This document shows positions 1-10,114 of a stretch of 64,000 bases of DNA, one piece after another. Made by a program: the position numbers and the translations under genes. Position 1 is the stretch's first letter. Every line of letters begins with the position of its first letter. The notes beneath the pieces were generated by a model, which made no database searches, had not been told where the DNA came from, and saw only the letters and a program-made list of their open reading frames with translations. This DNA comes from a virus, in the IMG/VR virus record IMGVR_UViG_3300028840_004475, positions 83,748 to 147,747 of that record. One strand, 5' to 3'.

Positions 1-140
1 AAGAGGCCTTGTCGCTCTCGTGCTGATCTTGGTGTAGGTGCCCCACTTTGTCTCTGCCCGCCACACTTCGATGTAGCAGAAGTCCTCCATGACCTCGTCT
101 GGGTTCGAGACTGGAATGGTGATTCTGACGAGTGCCATGG

Positions 141-965
141 CTACCTCCGCTCTCCGTTGCCAGGCTCAGGCGGCTCCCACGTCCAGCCGTTCTTGAGCTT
201 CTTCTCGACTGCCTCGTACCCGACCGTGTAGAGCCGGTTGACCATGCTCTTGTCAAGTTTCAGAAAGTCGAGGCCAGAGATCGGTGACTCGATGACGACG
301 ATCTTGGCCTTCTGCCAGATGGCCCTGCTGACGTGCGAGCGCTCACCGGCCCTCATCATGGCATCGACATGGTTCAAGGAGTACGAGCCCCACCACTTCC
401 ATGGCTTCGGGTCGTGCTTCTGTCCAAGGACACGGACACCAACTGCGTGAGACTTTGGCAGATCCACTGGGAAGTTGTGGACGATTCCGCCATCTGTCAG
501 GCGTCTGCCGTCAATCTCCACATGGTGAAACATCCATGGAATTGACGTTGATGCCTGTGTGGCCGGTGCCAATTTGACGTCTGGGGTCTTCTGAGAGGAG
601 AACTGGATTTCCTCCTCGGTGTCGGAATCTGTTGCGATGATGGTCAGTGGGGTCTCCGTATCGCCGAAGGTGAGTGCCACATTTGGCTGGAGAGCTTCCT
701 GCATCTTGTCGAGGGTGAAGAGACCGGGGACGACAGGCCATACGAGGCTTGGCCTGATGATGTCGATCGGTAGGGTCTCCTTGGCGATCTTGAGCGCTTC
801 CTTCGGCTCCCACCCACTGGCGAGCATGGACATGTCCATGGCACTGCCAGACACGCCAGTCCAGCTGTCAAATACGGCACCTTCATCCATCATGCATTGG
901 AACGCGCCTAGAATGATAGGGTAATTGGCACCTGTCCCGCTGCCAACTCCGTTCAAGTTTTTCAT
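141..965 (-). CDS. Patatin-like phospholipase
   Basis: Gly-rich loop GSGTG, nucleophile elbow GVSGS and DGG motif; probable start is MKNLNG at 965. Confidence 0.85.
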   Translation of the reverse strand: MKNLNGVGSGTGANYPIILGAFQCMMDEGAVFDSWTGVSGSAMDMSMLASGWEPKEALKIAKETLPIDIIRPSLVWPVVPGLFTLDKMQEALQPNVALTFGDTETPLTIIATDSDTEEEIQFSSQKTPDVKLAPATQASTSIPWMFHHVEIDGRRLTDGGIVHNFPVDLPKSHAVGVRVLGQKHDPKPWKWWGSYSLNHVDAMMRAGERSHVSRAIWQKAKIVVIESPISGLDFLKLDKSMVNRLYTVGYEAVEKKLKNGWTWEPPEPGNGERR

Positions 966-969
966 CGTC

Positions 970-1221
970 CTAGTCTCCGTTGAGTTCCTCGCGCAGCCCG
1001 CGCAAGGTCTCAACACTCTCCTCCAATTCATCGTAGATACGCTTGTCCTGCATGTCCCTGCTGCGTATCTCCTGGACAGTCTCGTAGGGGAACAGCTTGG
1101 CGAACCTCTCGTTGTGGTCGTGTCTCAGCCACTCTGTTTCGCCGTTGCCATCACTCTCCCTGCGAAGACGGTCGATCTTCTTCCTACTTCTGAGGCCAAA
1201 AATGCTGGAGAGCAGACCCAT
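970..1221 (-). CDS. Hypothetical protein
   Basis: Closely packed with neighbouring minus-strand ORFs. Confidence 0.55.
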   Translation of the reverse strand: MGLLSSIFGLRSRKKIDRLRRESDGNGETEWLRHDHNERFAKLFPYETVQEIRSRDMQDKRIYDELEESVETLRGLREELNGD

Positions 1222-1479
1222 CTAACCATCTCCCGATTTGCGCTCATCCCGCGCATACAGTTTCTTGGTTAGGTCTTCGGCAAGAGTTTTCAACTCCATT
1301 GACAGTTCAACGTACTTACTGATCTGCCTTTCTGATTTCAGTCTGTCCCTTTCGATGTATGTCATGAGTTGTTTGTACAACCGATGTATCACGAACAGGG
1401 AGAGCACGAAGAGTGCTGCTAACACAGCACATCCCGACGTCGATCCCTGTTTGAGTATCTCGATGAACAATCCTTCCAT
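1222..1479 (-). CDS. Small membrane protein (holin-like)
   Basis: One hydrophobic helix followed by a coiled coil. Confidence 0.5.
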   Translation of the reverse strand: MEGLFIEILKQGSTSGCAVLAALFVLSLFVIHRLYKQLMTYIERDRLKSERQISKYVELSMELKTLAEDLTKKLYARDERKSGDG

Positions 1480-1512
1480 CTCTCTTACCTACTCTCAGGA
1501 GTGGGGGCATAG

Positions 1513-2091
1513 TCATTTCGACGGCTGCTCCGCTGGCTTCACGTTGAACTTCGTCAGGAGTCTGGTCATGTTCTCATTTTGGATCTTCTGGTCCTCTTGA
1601 ATCTCCTTGACGCTGTCCTTGATTTCTCCGACGTCCTCCTTGATGTGCTTCTCTTCCTTCTCCACTGCTTCTATTTTTGAACCCAGTTCCTGAGAGACCA
1701 TCTGGGTCTTAGCTTCTGATTCGGCCTTCACTTCGACGATCTTGTTCTTCAGCTCAAGCTGCTTTAGAATCAGCTCGTCGTCGACTGACTTCTGTTCGAG
1801 TTGTGTCCTCTCGAAGTCATCTTCGTCAACGTACTTGAGCGAGAGGATGTACAGTGCTGCACCGAATAGAATGGCCAACACACTGAGGATTGCGCCAACA
1901 CCCTTCCAGGTGTTGAAAAAGCTCTGCATACCATTTGGTGTGCGCGGCTCTGCAGCTGCAGGAGACTGGACCTCAGCTATCACTTCCTTCAGAGTCTGCG
2001 CGAACATCTCCTGAGTGATGTGCTGCTGTTGCTGACGAGACCGATTGTTGCCTCTGCGTCTGCGTCTACGCCTATTTGAAGTCTGGCTCAT
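1513..2091 (-). CDS. Membrane protein with coiled coil
   Basis: TM segment VGAILSVLAILFGAALYIL followed by heptad repeats. Confidence 0.6.
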   Translation of the reverse strand: MSQTSNRRRRRRRGNNRSRQQQQHITQEMFAQTLKEVIAEVQSPAAAEPRTPNGMQSFFNTWKGVGAILSVLAILFGAALYILSLKYVDEDDFERTQLEQKSVDDELILKQLELKNKIVEVKAESEAKTQMVSQELGSKIEAVEKEEKHIKEDVGEIKDSVKEIQEDQKIQNENMTRLLTKFNVKPAEQPSK

Positions 2092-2259
2092 TTTCTTTTC
2101 AGCTTGCCTCTATGTTCTTCTGGAATATTCGCCGATTTACCACGACGAATTCTATCCCTGGAAGCCTCCATCATCTTGTTGATCTCGCCGACGTGAGCGT
2201 CGAGGTCCACCACGTTCTCATTCTTCTGCTTGCCGTTGACGTAGACTTTGCGCGGCATG

Positions 2260-2730
2260 TCAGTCCCTGTACAGCTTGTAGGCCGGATAGATGGTTGGCG
2301 CCTCTGTCGCGTGCGTCGACTCCCAGACCATGCGCAGGTACAAACCAGCAGGGATCTGGAAAGCACTATCGAAGAAGTAGCCAATGTCGCTGCGGCCCGT
2401 GGGAACGTAGACGGTCTCTCCGAACTTCTGGATCCGCAGGACATCGACACCCACGGTCAGACCGTAGAGCGCGAACAGGCCCAGGACGTCGTCCTTATCC
2501 ACGACCGAGAACTCGCCGTAGTCACCGTCCTGGTTGTCGACGATGATGGCGTGTACTCCTTGCAGGGCCACGCTGAATGGCAAAAGCCAATCGAAGACGT
2601 TGGTCGAGTCGGCCACGCACTCGAAGCGATGGCCCTTGATCAGACCGCTCTGGTCGACGTACACGAAGCTGGGAGCGATGATCTCTTTGCCGTCTGGTGT
2701 CTTTGGGTGCTGCCTCAGATCAACGGTCAT
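2260..2730 (-). CDS. Putative virion protein
   Basis: Acidic, beta-rich ORF coupled to the structural operon. Confidence 0.55.
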   Translation of the reverse strand: MTVDLRQHPKTPDGKEIIAPSFVYVDQSGLIKGHRFECVADSTNVFDWLLPFSVALQGVHAIIVDNQDGDYGEFSVVDKDDVLGLFALYGLTVGVDVLRIQKFGETVYVPTGRSDIGYFFDSAFQIPAGLYLRMVWESTHATEAPTIYPAYKLYRD

Positions 2731-3737
2731 GCCTCAACCTCCTCGACGCCGTAGTGGACGTAGGCCCTCATGTTCGAGAGGCTGGACAGGTCGTCGCGGA
2801 CGATGAACTGCAGCACGTGGCGGTCGGTGACCTTGATGCTGGTGAGTCCGGGCTTGACCATGAAGCCCACGACCATGACGTCGTCGGCGAAAATGACGTC
2901 ATCTTGGGGATGGAAGTAGCCGAAGAGGCCCATGTTGTCCTTGACCACGAACCTCCAGAGCATGTCCTCAGCGTCCTTGTCCCGGTGCCTGAGCACGAGT
3001 CCCTGGCCCAGGCCTCCGGAGATGCCGCCGAAGGCGTCCGAGGCCCAGCCGTCGGACGGGGCGCCGACGAGCAGGACGATCATGGACACGTGGTAGACGG
3101 TGTTGGCGTCGGGGGCCTCGAACTCGAAGCGGTAGGGACCACTACCGTCGGCGGCCACCAGTTCGATGTCGTCGAGCCAGTAGCGCTGGCCGGCGGTGTT
3201 GCGCGACTCCAGCCTCAGCTTCTGCACGTCGGCGTCGAGGTTGAAGTCGTCGATGGGGATGTTGATCTGCTGCCACTCATCCAGGTCCATGTTCTCGGCG
3301 TAGTCGTCCAGGCGCAGGGCGTCGCCGACGGCGTTGTTTCCCGAATCGAACCACTTGAGCTTGGGCCGCGAGCCGTTGGGGAAGGCCTTGGGTTGGACCC
3401 AGAACCTGATCTCGCTGTAGCCACCGGCGACGTCGACCTCGGAACCGTGGTCCCAGAACACGTCGTCGTTCTCGGCCATGACACCCGTGTCCCAGCCGTT
3501 GGTGCCCGAGTGCATCGAGCCGGCGGTCTCCGAGCCCGTGCCCGAAACCGTCCAGTCGCCGCCGCTGTCACCGGCACCCGTGCCGTTCCAGAACACCTCG
3601 GTGGTACCACTGGCGCGACCGTCGATGTTCATCTGCTCGCTGGCGTTGTCATGGCGCTTGAAGGCGTCGCGGCCCAGGGTCCAGTCGCTGCCGCCGACGT
3701 AGGTGGTCCTGTCGTCACTGAGTTTGGGCAGAGGCAT
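2727..3737 (-). CDS. Putative virion protein with carbohydrate-binding-like domain
   Basis: IRFWV...WQQINIPIDDF...YWLDDIEL pattern typical of jelly-roll CBM-like domains. Confidence 0.6.
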   Translation of the reverse strand: MPLPKLSDDRTTYVGGSDWTLGRDAFKRHDNASEQMNIDGRASGTTEVFWNGTGAGDSGGDWTVSGTGSETAGSMHSGTNGWDTGVMAENDDVFWDHGSEVDVAGGYSEIRFWVQPKAFPNGSRPKLKWFDSGNNAVGDALRLDDYAENMDLDEWQQINIPIDDFNLDADVQKLRLESRNTAGQRYWLDDIELVAADGSGPYRFEFEAPDANTVYHVSMIVLLVGAPSDGWASDAFGGISGGLGQGLVLRHRDKDAEDMLWRFVVKDNMGLFGYFHPQDDVIFADDVMVVGFMVKPGLTSIKVTDRHVLQFIVRDDLSSLSNMRAYVHYGVEEVEA

Positions 3738-3740
3738 CGG

Positions 3741-4679
3741 TCACGCTCCCAGCAAGTTGCCCTTGACGAAGCACTTGAAGTAGACGCCGGCGGCGTCGAT
3801 GTCGTCGCGCACGGTCACGACGACCTTGTCGCCTGACTCCGCGTGCAACCTCAAGCCGCCGCCGATGACGTAGTTGGAGGCCAGCAGGTCCTTGGAGCTG
3901 ACGATCCACTCGAAGCCGCCGGGGCTGGCGTAGTTGACGAAGCCCTCATTCGTTAGCACGTTGTAGACCTCGATGGTCACGCCGTTGGAGATCACCTCAA
4001 CATACAGCCCATTGGTCAGGCCGCCGACGAGGGAGCCGAAGTATCCACTGCCAAAGGTGATCGAGTTGGCGACGAGCGTGAACTTGATCTCCTGCAACGA
4101 GATGTCGTAGGTCGCGTCGGCCAGGTACTCGAAGACGACGGGCGTGACGCCGCCGTCGACGAGCAGGTCGTCGTTGCCACCGCTCTTGACGAAGTCGTTC
4201 TTGATCGACGACGAGACGCTGGGGAACGAGACCGGGTCGCCGTCGGGGCTGTAGAGGGTGGTCTGCAACCGTCCCGTGCTCGGCACCGTTTCCAGGGCCT
4301 CGACGTTCGTGCCGTCCCAACCACCACACCAGACGGGATTTCCGACGGGCGGACTGCCGTCTGGCGCCAGACCTTCGACCTGCTGGCTGTCGTTGGTACC
4401 AGTGCCGTAGTTGCGTGTGTCGATACCCTGGCGGTTGTCGTCGATGTGGCTGCTGGTGATGTCGGCGGCCGGTGTCGTGCCCTTGGCCCCGCCCCTGATG
4501 ATGGCCTTCTGCGTGCCGTCGGTCTGCTGTGCTGCTGTGGCGCGCGTGGAAAGCGCCACATTCATGTTCGGCTGATTCTGGATCGCCACCTGTCCAGAAG
4601 CATTCGAACTTATTGGCTCGCCATTGGCCCCATAGAGAAGTACGTTCTTCCTCGGTTCTGTGTCTGCGAGTGCCATCAT
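3741..4679 (-). CDS. Putative virion/tail protein
   Basis: G/S/T/D-rich ORF in the structural operon. Confidence 0.6.
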   Translation of the reverse strand: MMALADTEPRKNVLLYGANGEPISSNASGQVAIQNQPNMNVALSTRATAAQQTDGTQKAIIRGGAKGTTPAADITSSHIDDNRQGIDTRNYGTGTNDSQQVEGLAPDGSPPVGNPVWCGGWDGTNVEALETVPSTGRLQTTLYSPDGDPVSFPSVSSSIKNDFVKSGGNDDLLVDGGVTPVVFEYLADATYDISLQEIKFTLVANSITFGSGYFGSLVGGLTNGLYVEVISNGVTIEVYNVLTNEGFVNYASPGGFEWIVSSKDLLASNYVIGGGLRLHAESGDKVVVTVRDDIDAAGVYFKCFVKGNLLGA

Positions 4680-5251
4680 GCCACCGTGTAATACCAGGCC
4701 GTGTAGTTGATGTCCGCGTTTCCGATGCCCGAAGACCTCTCGGCCCGCAGAATCACATCGCCCACAGCCGGTGTGACGTCGGCGTCTGCCACGTTCTTTA
4801 GCGTACCGGATGTGTTCACGTCAGAGGTCGTCTCCTTGTCGTTGCTAGCCACGTACTTCAGGTCACCAGACTCGACGTCGAAGGGGAAGACGACTGGAAA
4901 TGCGTCGCCTCCGTTGAAGTCGATGAACTCATCATTGCGCAGCGTAGTCACACCCCCACCGGGAATCCAGGCGATGGTGGCCTCGGTGCCATCGATGGAC
5001 AGAATCACACCCATCTGCACCAGCCACCTGGCGCTCGCGTTCTCCTTATTGATGAAGGCAGCGAAGCGCGCGGCGCGTATGGTACCGGTGAGCGTGTGCT
5101 TGTAGGCCGAGCCGGCGTTGTCCAAGTCGATGAGCAGAAAATACTCCTTGGCAGTGGTCACCGTCTGCTTCATGACCACAGCCACGTAGCCGACATCGGA
5201 GACGCCCTCTTCCAAAGAGTCTATCTGGACCGCTGCCGGTGACTCACTCAT
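4676..5251 (-). CDS. Putative virion protein
   Basis: 4-bp overlap with neighbouring genes; beta-rich. Confidence 0.55.
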   Translation of the reverse strand: MSESPAAVQIDSLEEGVSDVGYVAVVMKQTVTTAKEYFLLIDLDNAGSAYKHTLTGTIRAARFAAFINKENASARWLVQMGVILSIDGTEATIAWIPGGGVTTLRNDEFIDFNGGDAFPVVFPFDVESGDLKYVASNDKETTSDVNTSGTLKNVADADVTPAVGDVILRAERSSGIGNADINYTAWYYTVA

Positions 5252-5853
5252 GAAATCGTCCTCGTACGACCTGCCTCGTGGATGCCATCGTAGGTGACGG
5301 CGTCGCTCACCGTCTCAAGGACCGTGGTGCCGTCGGTGTCATAGAGCTTCCACACGATGGGCGTAGGCTTCAAGTTTGTTGCTCCACCGGCGCTGCGCTC
5401 GATAGTCTTTTCGATCAGCAACGTATCGTCTTGTCGCTTCCACTCCACCTTGGTCGGGAACAGGCCACCAGTCACCGTCTTCGTGGCCCCGGACACGTAA
5501 CCAAAAGCCGGACCCTCATCGATGAAGTGGATGAGCTGCGGTAGCACCCGATGCTGGGGGGCGGTGATGCCGCTGCTGCTAGCTAGAAGATCCGTGAGCG
5601 TGTAGCCTTCACTGTTCGTGCCAGGATTAGCTACGTCTCTGAACTTCAGGTCTCCGTTGTGAGTCCAAATTGCAACGATCTTGTTGCGGCGTCCACTTTC
5701 GACGATGAAAAGAGCCGGAACCTCAGGAGCATCCTCGAAAGCGGAGAGAGGCGTGTTCGGACTTGGATAGTCCGACCCCTCCCCGCCCCCGAGGCTCGAC
5801 CACTCTTGTTTTATGACCTGAACGATGTCGAGGTCATCTGGTTTGGTCGGCAC
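5248..5853 (-). CDS. Putative virion protein
   Basis: Operon context. Confidence 0.55.
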   Translation of the reverse strand: MPTKPDDLDIVQVIKQEWSSLGGGEGSDYPSPNTPLSAFEDAPEVPALFIVESGRRNKIVAIWTHNGDLKFRDVANPGTNSEGYTLTDLLASSSGITAPQHRVLPQLIHFIDEGPAFGYVSGATKTVTGGLFPTKVEWKRQDDTLLIEKTIERSAGGATNLKPTPIVWKLYDTDGTTVLETVSDAVTYDGIHEAGRTRTIS

Positions 5854-5875
5854 GATACTCCTCTACCGCAGTAGC

Positions 5876-7459
5876 CTACGCGCCGCTACGACCGTAGTCG
5901 AAGATGCTGACGAACAGATCGGTCGTGTTCATCGCCCACCCAAGACGGATGAGTGCGTTGTTCGCAGTTGGCATCGTGGTCGTGAGACCACCACCGACTG
6001 CGAGCCAGTACACGTCACCAGGGGTTGCGCCAGTGAGGCACGAGCACGGGCCAAGAGACGTGATTGTCGCTTCCTGACCAACGGTACCCTGAGCAGTCTC
6101 AGCGACACCGAAGATCTGAGCCTTGGTTGGCCAGTCCGCCTTGGCGGCATCGCCCTTGAGCAGGCGGTCAGCAGTCGTCGACCAGTAGACCGGATCTGCG
6201 ATGGCAATGGCCTCGCCAACCTCGTAGTCATCCTCGACGATACCTGCCTGAGCAGCCGAAGCCACCAGCTGACCGGAGGCGTTGATGGTGACGGTTGTGC
6301 CGTCGACCTTGACCTTCAGACCAGTGGCGTCTTGGTCGAGACCTCCAGCGGTCGTGCTGTACTTGACTCCCAGTTCGTTGGAGACGATGTCCAGGGTCGG
6401 GTTGGTTGCCTCGAGGTTGATCTCGAGACCTCCATTGGCCCCGTCGAACTCGATGGCGCCGTCTGTCTCGAGTTTGACTTCCACACCGGAGGAGGTGACC
6501 GTGACACCGGCGGCGGTATTCGGAAGGACAGACACCAACTGGTTCGGGGTCGTCCCCGTGAGCTGCAGACCAGGTGTGGTCGCATGCAGCGCCAGTGTCA
6601 CTGCATCGGCGTCGATCTTGACACCGTCCTTGACGTTGACGTCGAGCACGTTGAAGGTCTTGGTAAGACCGTCACCAGCAACGACCTGTCCAGGACCGTT
6701 GAACATGACCCACTCGCCAGGAGTGGAGTCCCAGACGTACCCCAGGTTCTCGTAGATGCTGTTGTCACCAGCAACGGTGCGACCTTCTCCGTTCGTGGGA
6801 ACGGTGAACGTCCACGTGTTGGTGGTAGCGTTGTAGACCGCGACGTTGTCTTCCTTGGTCGCGAACGAACCGGCTGCGCTGGTGTCAGTGACGATGACGT
6901 ACGTGCCATCTGGCGGCTCAGCACCAGAGTTGGCCAGGATCAGGTTCCACGCAGTCCCGCTCCACTCCACGATGTCGCCGATTGCGAACGTCGACCAGGC
7001 ACCCCCAACGCCTGCGACGACGTAGGCGTTGCCAGCGTCACCAGCGGTGAGAGTTGGAGCCGTGGTCAGCGCATCGTTCACCATCTTGAGGACTTGAACT
7101 GCGTGCTTCCACGCGACACCGGCCGCCACGCTGTCGAGCTGGTTCTTGTTGACGGCGTCTGTACCCGCGGAACCTGGCCCCAACCCCGTAATGGAATTGG
7201 TGTTCATCACCAGGTCGCTGGTCAGGTTCAAGCCGTCGAGGTCAGCACCGGTCTGACCATAAGCGAGGGCATCCTCGTCCGCGGTAGCGGACGCCAAACC
7301 GGTGATCTTGTACGGCGTACCGCCGCCGGTACCGTCCATGGCAACGGTACCGTTCATGGTGAGACCAGCAAGGGTGATGGCGTCGGCTGTTGGGTCTACG
7401 CCGCTGTAGCCACCGAGCTGCCCATCCTTGTCGAAGAAAACTGGAATACGTTCGGCCAC
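5876..7459 (-). CDS. Fibre protein (tail or head fibre)
   Basis: DAVNKNQLD and AGDGL fibre motifs, repeated beta-shaft units, C-terminal capsid-cement-like domain. Confidence 0.75.
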   Translation of the reverse strand: MAERIPVFFDKDGQLGGYSGVDPTADAITLAGLTMNGTVAMDGTGGGTPYKITGLASATADEDALAYGQTGADLDGLNLTSDLVMNTNSITGLGPGSAGTDAVNKNQLDSVAAGVAWKHAVQVLKMVNDALTTAPTLTAGDAGNAYVVAGVGGAWSTFAIGDIVEWSGTAWNLILANSGAEPPDGTYVIVTDTSAAGSFATKEDNVAVYNATTNTWTFTVPTNGEGRTVAGDNSIYENLGYVWDSTPGEWVMFNGPGQVVAGDGLTKTFNVLDVNVKDGVKIDADAVTLALHATTPGLQLTGTTPNQLVSVLPNTAAGVTVTSSGVEVKLETDGAIEFDGANGGLEINLEATNPTLDIVSNELGVKYSTTAGGLDQDATGLKVKVDGTTVTINASGQLVASAAQAGIVEDDYEVGEAIAIADPVYWSTTADRLLKGDAAKADWPTKAQIFGVAETAQGTVGQEATITSLGPCSCLTGATPGDVYWLAVGGGLTTTMPTANNALIRLGWAMNTTDLFVSIFDYGRSGA

Positions 7460-7462
7460 GGC

Positions 7463-7846
7463 TTATCCTCCTGGTGGTATGGGAACCGGGACCTCCCGGA
7501 TGGTTCCCTTTTCTTCATCAATTGCGACGCGGTTTGGGTCATCGAACCCGTACTTCGCGGCGATCTCTTTCTTCACGGTGTTGTACTTCTGGTTGAGCTT
7601 TTCGACCTGATCTCTCTCGGCGAGCAGTTGGTCATCGAGGACACGTATATTGATCGAAGTCTGCAGGTCGAATACTTTGCGCTTCAGGATCTCGTTCTCC
7701 TTCTTGACGTTGAGACACTCCATGGCCTGCAACCTGAATTTCATGTCTGAATCCGAAGCTGCGAACTTGTACGCATCGAGTTCATCAATTGGTGTCGTCG
7801 GTGAAGGAATTTGTTGTTTTCCGTTGTCTTTCTTGTTTTTAGTCAT
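7463..7846 (-). CDS. Coiled-coil protein, possible fibre chaperone
   Basis: Coiled coil adjacent to the fibre gene. Confidence 0.5.
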   Translation of the reverse strand: MTKNKKDNGKQQIPSPTTPIDELDAYKFAASDSDMKFRLQAMECLNVKKENEILKRKVFDLQTSINIRVLDDQLLAERDQVEKLNQKYNTVKKEIAAKYGFDDPNRVAIDEEKGTIREVPVPIPPGG

Positions 7847-7867
7847 TTCTGCTCCGTTTTTTATCTG

Positions 7868-8614
7868 TTAATACGGTAGCCAGCATGGCACCGGGTTGAT
7901 GTGCAGGACTACATCAGTTGACGAGATGGCTTGGCCCATGGCCTGGAACCAATACGGCGTCACGAACTCGTCTGGTAACTGTGATGGGTGTGTCAGTACT
8001 CCGTTCAGGCCGATGACCATCTGCGCGCCTGGTGTCAGCCCTGTGAAGACGCTCTGGATGAGCCCGAACATCTGAATCTTGCAGGTAGTGATGCTGGTCT
8101 TCTCAATGATGACACCAAGCGCCTCCATCTTCGACCTGTCAGTGATGTCGACGGTGGTAACGTTGTAGTAGCTGCCTGTCTTATCTGACGTGCAGTAGAC
8201 AGCATTCCCGACGTTGTCACTGGCCAAACAGTTGGCAAGCTCGATGATGTTCGGGACCGTACCAGGAGTGAACGACTGCTCCAGCTGCAGCTTAATGAGA
8301 CGCTCTTCTGTACTGAGGTCAACCTGCGGTTGTTCCGTCGACAACCCAACCAGGGTTTCTTCAGTGACGACGCGCGGACTGTAGTCGAGCGGTCTGATTT
8401 CGACCGCGTGTTGGCCGGCGGACGCCTCGATGGTGACTTCGGTCTCGTCGTTTGGGACCTGTTGCGCGGAGACTTGATGCTCAGCTGCAGTGATCTCGAC
8501 GACGTTGGTGTCGGGACGGATCTGGACAGTGGTAGTCTGCTTCGGAACAGTCGCGGACACCCCTCCAGACGTGATCTGGACAATGGGAGCATTCTTCTGG
8601 ATCAAGGTGCTCAA
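7868..8614 (-). CDS. Putative virion protein with a C-terminal domain related to the fibre C-terminus
   Basis: GLTPG motif shared with 5876..7459; probable TTG start overlapping the upstream stop. Confidence 0.55.
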   Translation of the reverse strand: MSTLIQKNAPIVQITSGGVSATVPKQTTTVQIRPDTNVVEITAAEHQVSAQQVPNDETEVTIEASAGQHAVEIRPLDYSPRVVTEETLVGLSTEQPQVDLSTEERLIKLQLEQSFTPGTVPNIIELANCLASDNVGNAVYCTSDKTGSYYNVTTVDITDRSKMEALGVIIEKTSITTCKIQMFGLIQSVFTGLTPGAQMVIGLNGVLTHPSQLPDEFVTPYWFQAMGQAISSTDVVLHINPVPCWLPY

Positions 8615-8931
8615 GCAATCTGCTCCTTGATTTTGATACCCATGTCCTGGATCGTCAGCTTCTGACCAGCCACATTGGTGATCTGCACTTCGATGTTCCA
8701 CTTCCCGACTTCATCGAGGTCGGTGTCGCTGAAGATGAAGCGGAAGTAGCCGTTGGTCGGGTCGTAGAGGTCGCCGTTTACGGTCTTCGGCGTGTCGTAC
8801 CCGATGTGCAGGTCGATCGAGAACCCGGTGATGTCGATGGGATCGCCATCGGCGTCCAGGTACTGGAATACCAAAGCCGGAAGGTTGTCACCTTCGACAT
8901 AGTCGAAGACTGTAGTTGCATCGCAGCTCAT
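8611..8931 (-). CDS. BppU N-terminal-like baseplate domain protein
   Basis: GD..LVFQYLD..PIDITG...G.W..EVQIT pattern. Confidence 0.65.
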   Translation of the reverse strand: MSCDATTVFDYVEGDNLPALVFQYLDADGDPIDITGFSIDLHIGYDTPKTVNGDLYDPTNGYFRFIFSDTDLDEVGKWNIEVQITNVAGQKLTIQDMGIKIKEQIA

Positions 8932-8945
8932 GGCCCCTCCGGTCC

Positions 8946-9371
8946 CTAGTCGGCGACGAGGACACGCACTCCGACGTTGTCAGTCTTCGGCGAAACGGCA
9001 GCGAAGATGGCGCTGAAGGACAGTTTCATGTACTGACCTCCCATCGGCACCTCGAACAGCCAGGTGTCGTCGCCAGTGACTGCCTTCTTGAAGATCTGGT
9101 CGCTGAGTGTGACGTCGGGTGGGGAAGAGCCATCCTGCGCCTGCACCGGATAGACTTCCGTCGATGAGGGACCGAACGAAACCACGCACTGGATCTCTGT
9201 GGCATCGGAGTACGTGAAGTCGACTGCGATCCAGGCCTTTCCGTAGAAAGACCATCCTTTGCCGTCTTGTGTGCCGCCGATTTGGACGGTGGCTTCTGCT
9301 GGACCTGGGTCGAGGTGGCCGCTCACTGCAGCGATGACCTCGCCCTTGTCCTTGAAGCTGTTGTACGCCAT
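8946..9371 (-). CDS. Putative virion protein
   Basis: Beta-rich; good SD sequence. Confidence 0.55.
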   Translation of the reverse strand: MAYNSFKDKGEVIAAVSGHLDPGPAEATVQIGGTQDGKGWSFYGKAWIAVDFTYSDATEIQCVVSFGPSSTEVYPVQAQDGSSPPDVTLSDQIFKKAVTGDDTWLFEVPMGGQYMKLSFSAIFAAVSPKTDNVGVRVLVAD

Positions 9372-9381
9372 GGCCTGCCTC

Positions 9382-9795
9382 CTATCTGAGATTGTTGAGC
9401 AAAGCCGATGACCCGTACATTATACATGCACCGACGATCGTACCGCCAAGGAACACCCCGACGGTGATGTACAAAGCGAGGTCATCGTCCTCGTCACGCT
9501 CTGCAAGTTGTTTCGAGGCAGACTCATACGCGACGCGCCATTTCTCGGCGATCTCGACGTCTACCTTGGATTTTTTCTCGGAGATCTCGATGAGGTCAGC
9601 TTGCAGCTCGACCTTCTTCTCGAGGTTTTCGATTTTGTGAAGCGCGGTCGGGTGGTCTACTTCAACAAGCTTCAGCAGCTTTTTCGCTTTGTCAGCCTCG
9701 AAAAAAGTGCCTTCCTTGCCTTCATGAACAATGTCTTCGGCAGCAAGGACAGGACTAGAAGCCGAGATCAGTAAAACGAGCAGCCACTTCTTCAT
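9382..9795 (-). CDS. Secreted/membrane coiled-coil protein (spanin-like)
   Basis: Signal peptide, coiled coil and C-terminal TM; overlaps the upstream gene. Confidence 0.5.
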   Translation of the reverse strand: MKKWLLVLLISASSPVLAAEDIVHEGKEGTFFEADKAKKLLKLVEVDHPTALHKIENLEKKVELQADLIEISEKKSKVDVEIAEKWRVAYESASKQLAERDEDDDLALYITVGVFLGGTIVGACIMYGSSALLNNLR

Positions 9796-10114
9796 TGCTG
9801 AGACCCTCGATGGCTGCCTTGGCTTTCACGGCCCGCTTCTCTTGCTCGCGGATCTCAGCATCAATTACCTTGATCTGTTCGCGCTTGCCCTCACCCTTCG
9901 CTTCGAGAACGGTCTTCTTGGCCTGTAGGTGCGCGACCTCATTCTTTGTCTGCGCGACCTGCAGTAGCGAGATCAGATGCGTGATCTTGTGCCCCCTGAC
10001 CTTGAGCCAGAAGAACAGGATCGTGGCAATCAAAGCGATGATCAGCGCAAGCAGAAGTGCCAGCGACACCGCGTTCTTTTTCAGCCAGCTAGCTGCCAGA
10101 GTCAGAGTTGTCAC
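9755..10114 (-). CDS. i-spanin-like protein
   Basis: N-terminal TM then coiled coil, next to the holin; GTG start inferred. Confidence 0.5.
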   Translation of the reverse strand: MTTLTLAASWLKKNAVSLALLLALIIALIATILFFWLKVRGHKITHLISLLQVAQTKNEVAHLQAKKTVLEAKGEGKREQIKVIDAEIREQEKRAVKAKAAIEGLSNEEVAARFTDLGF

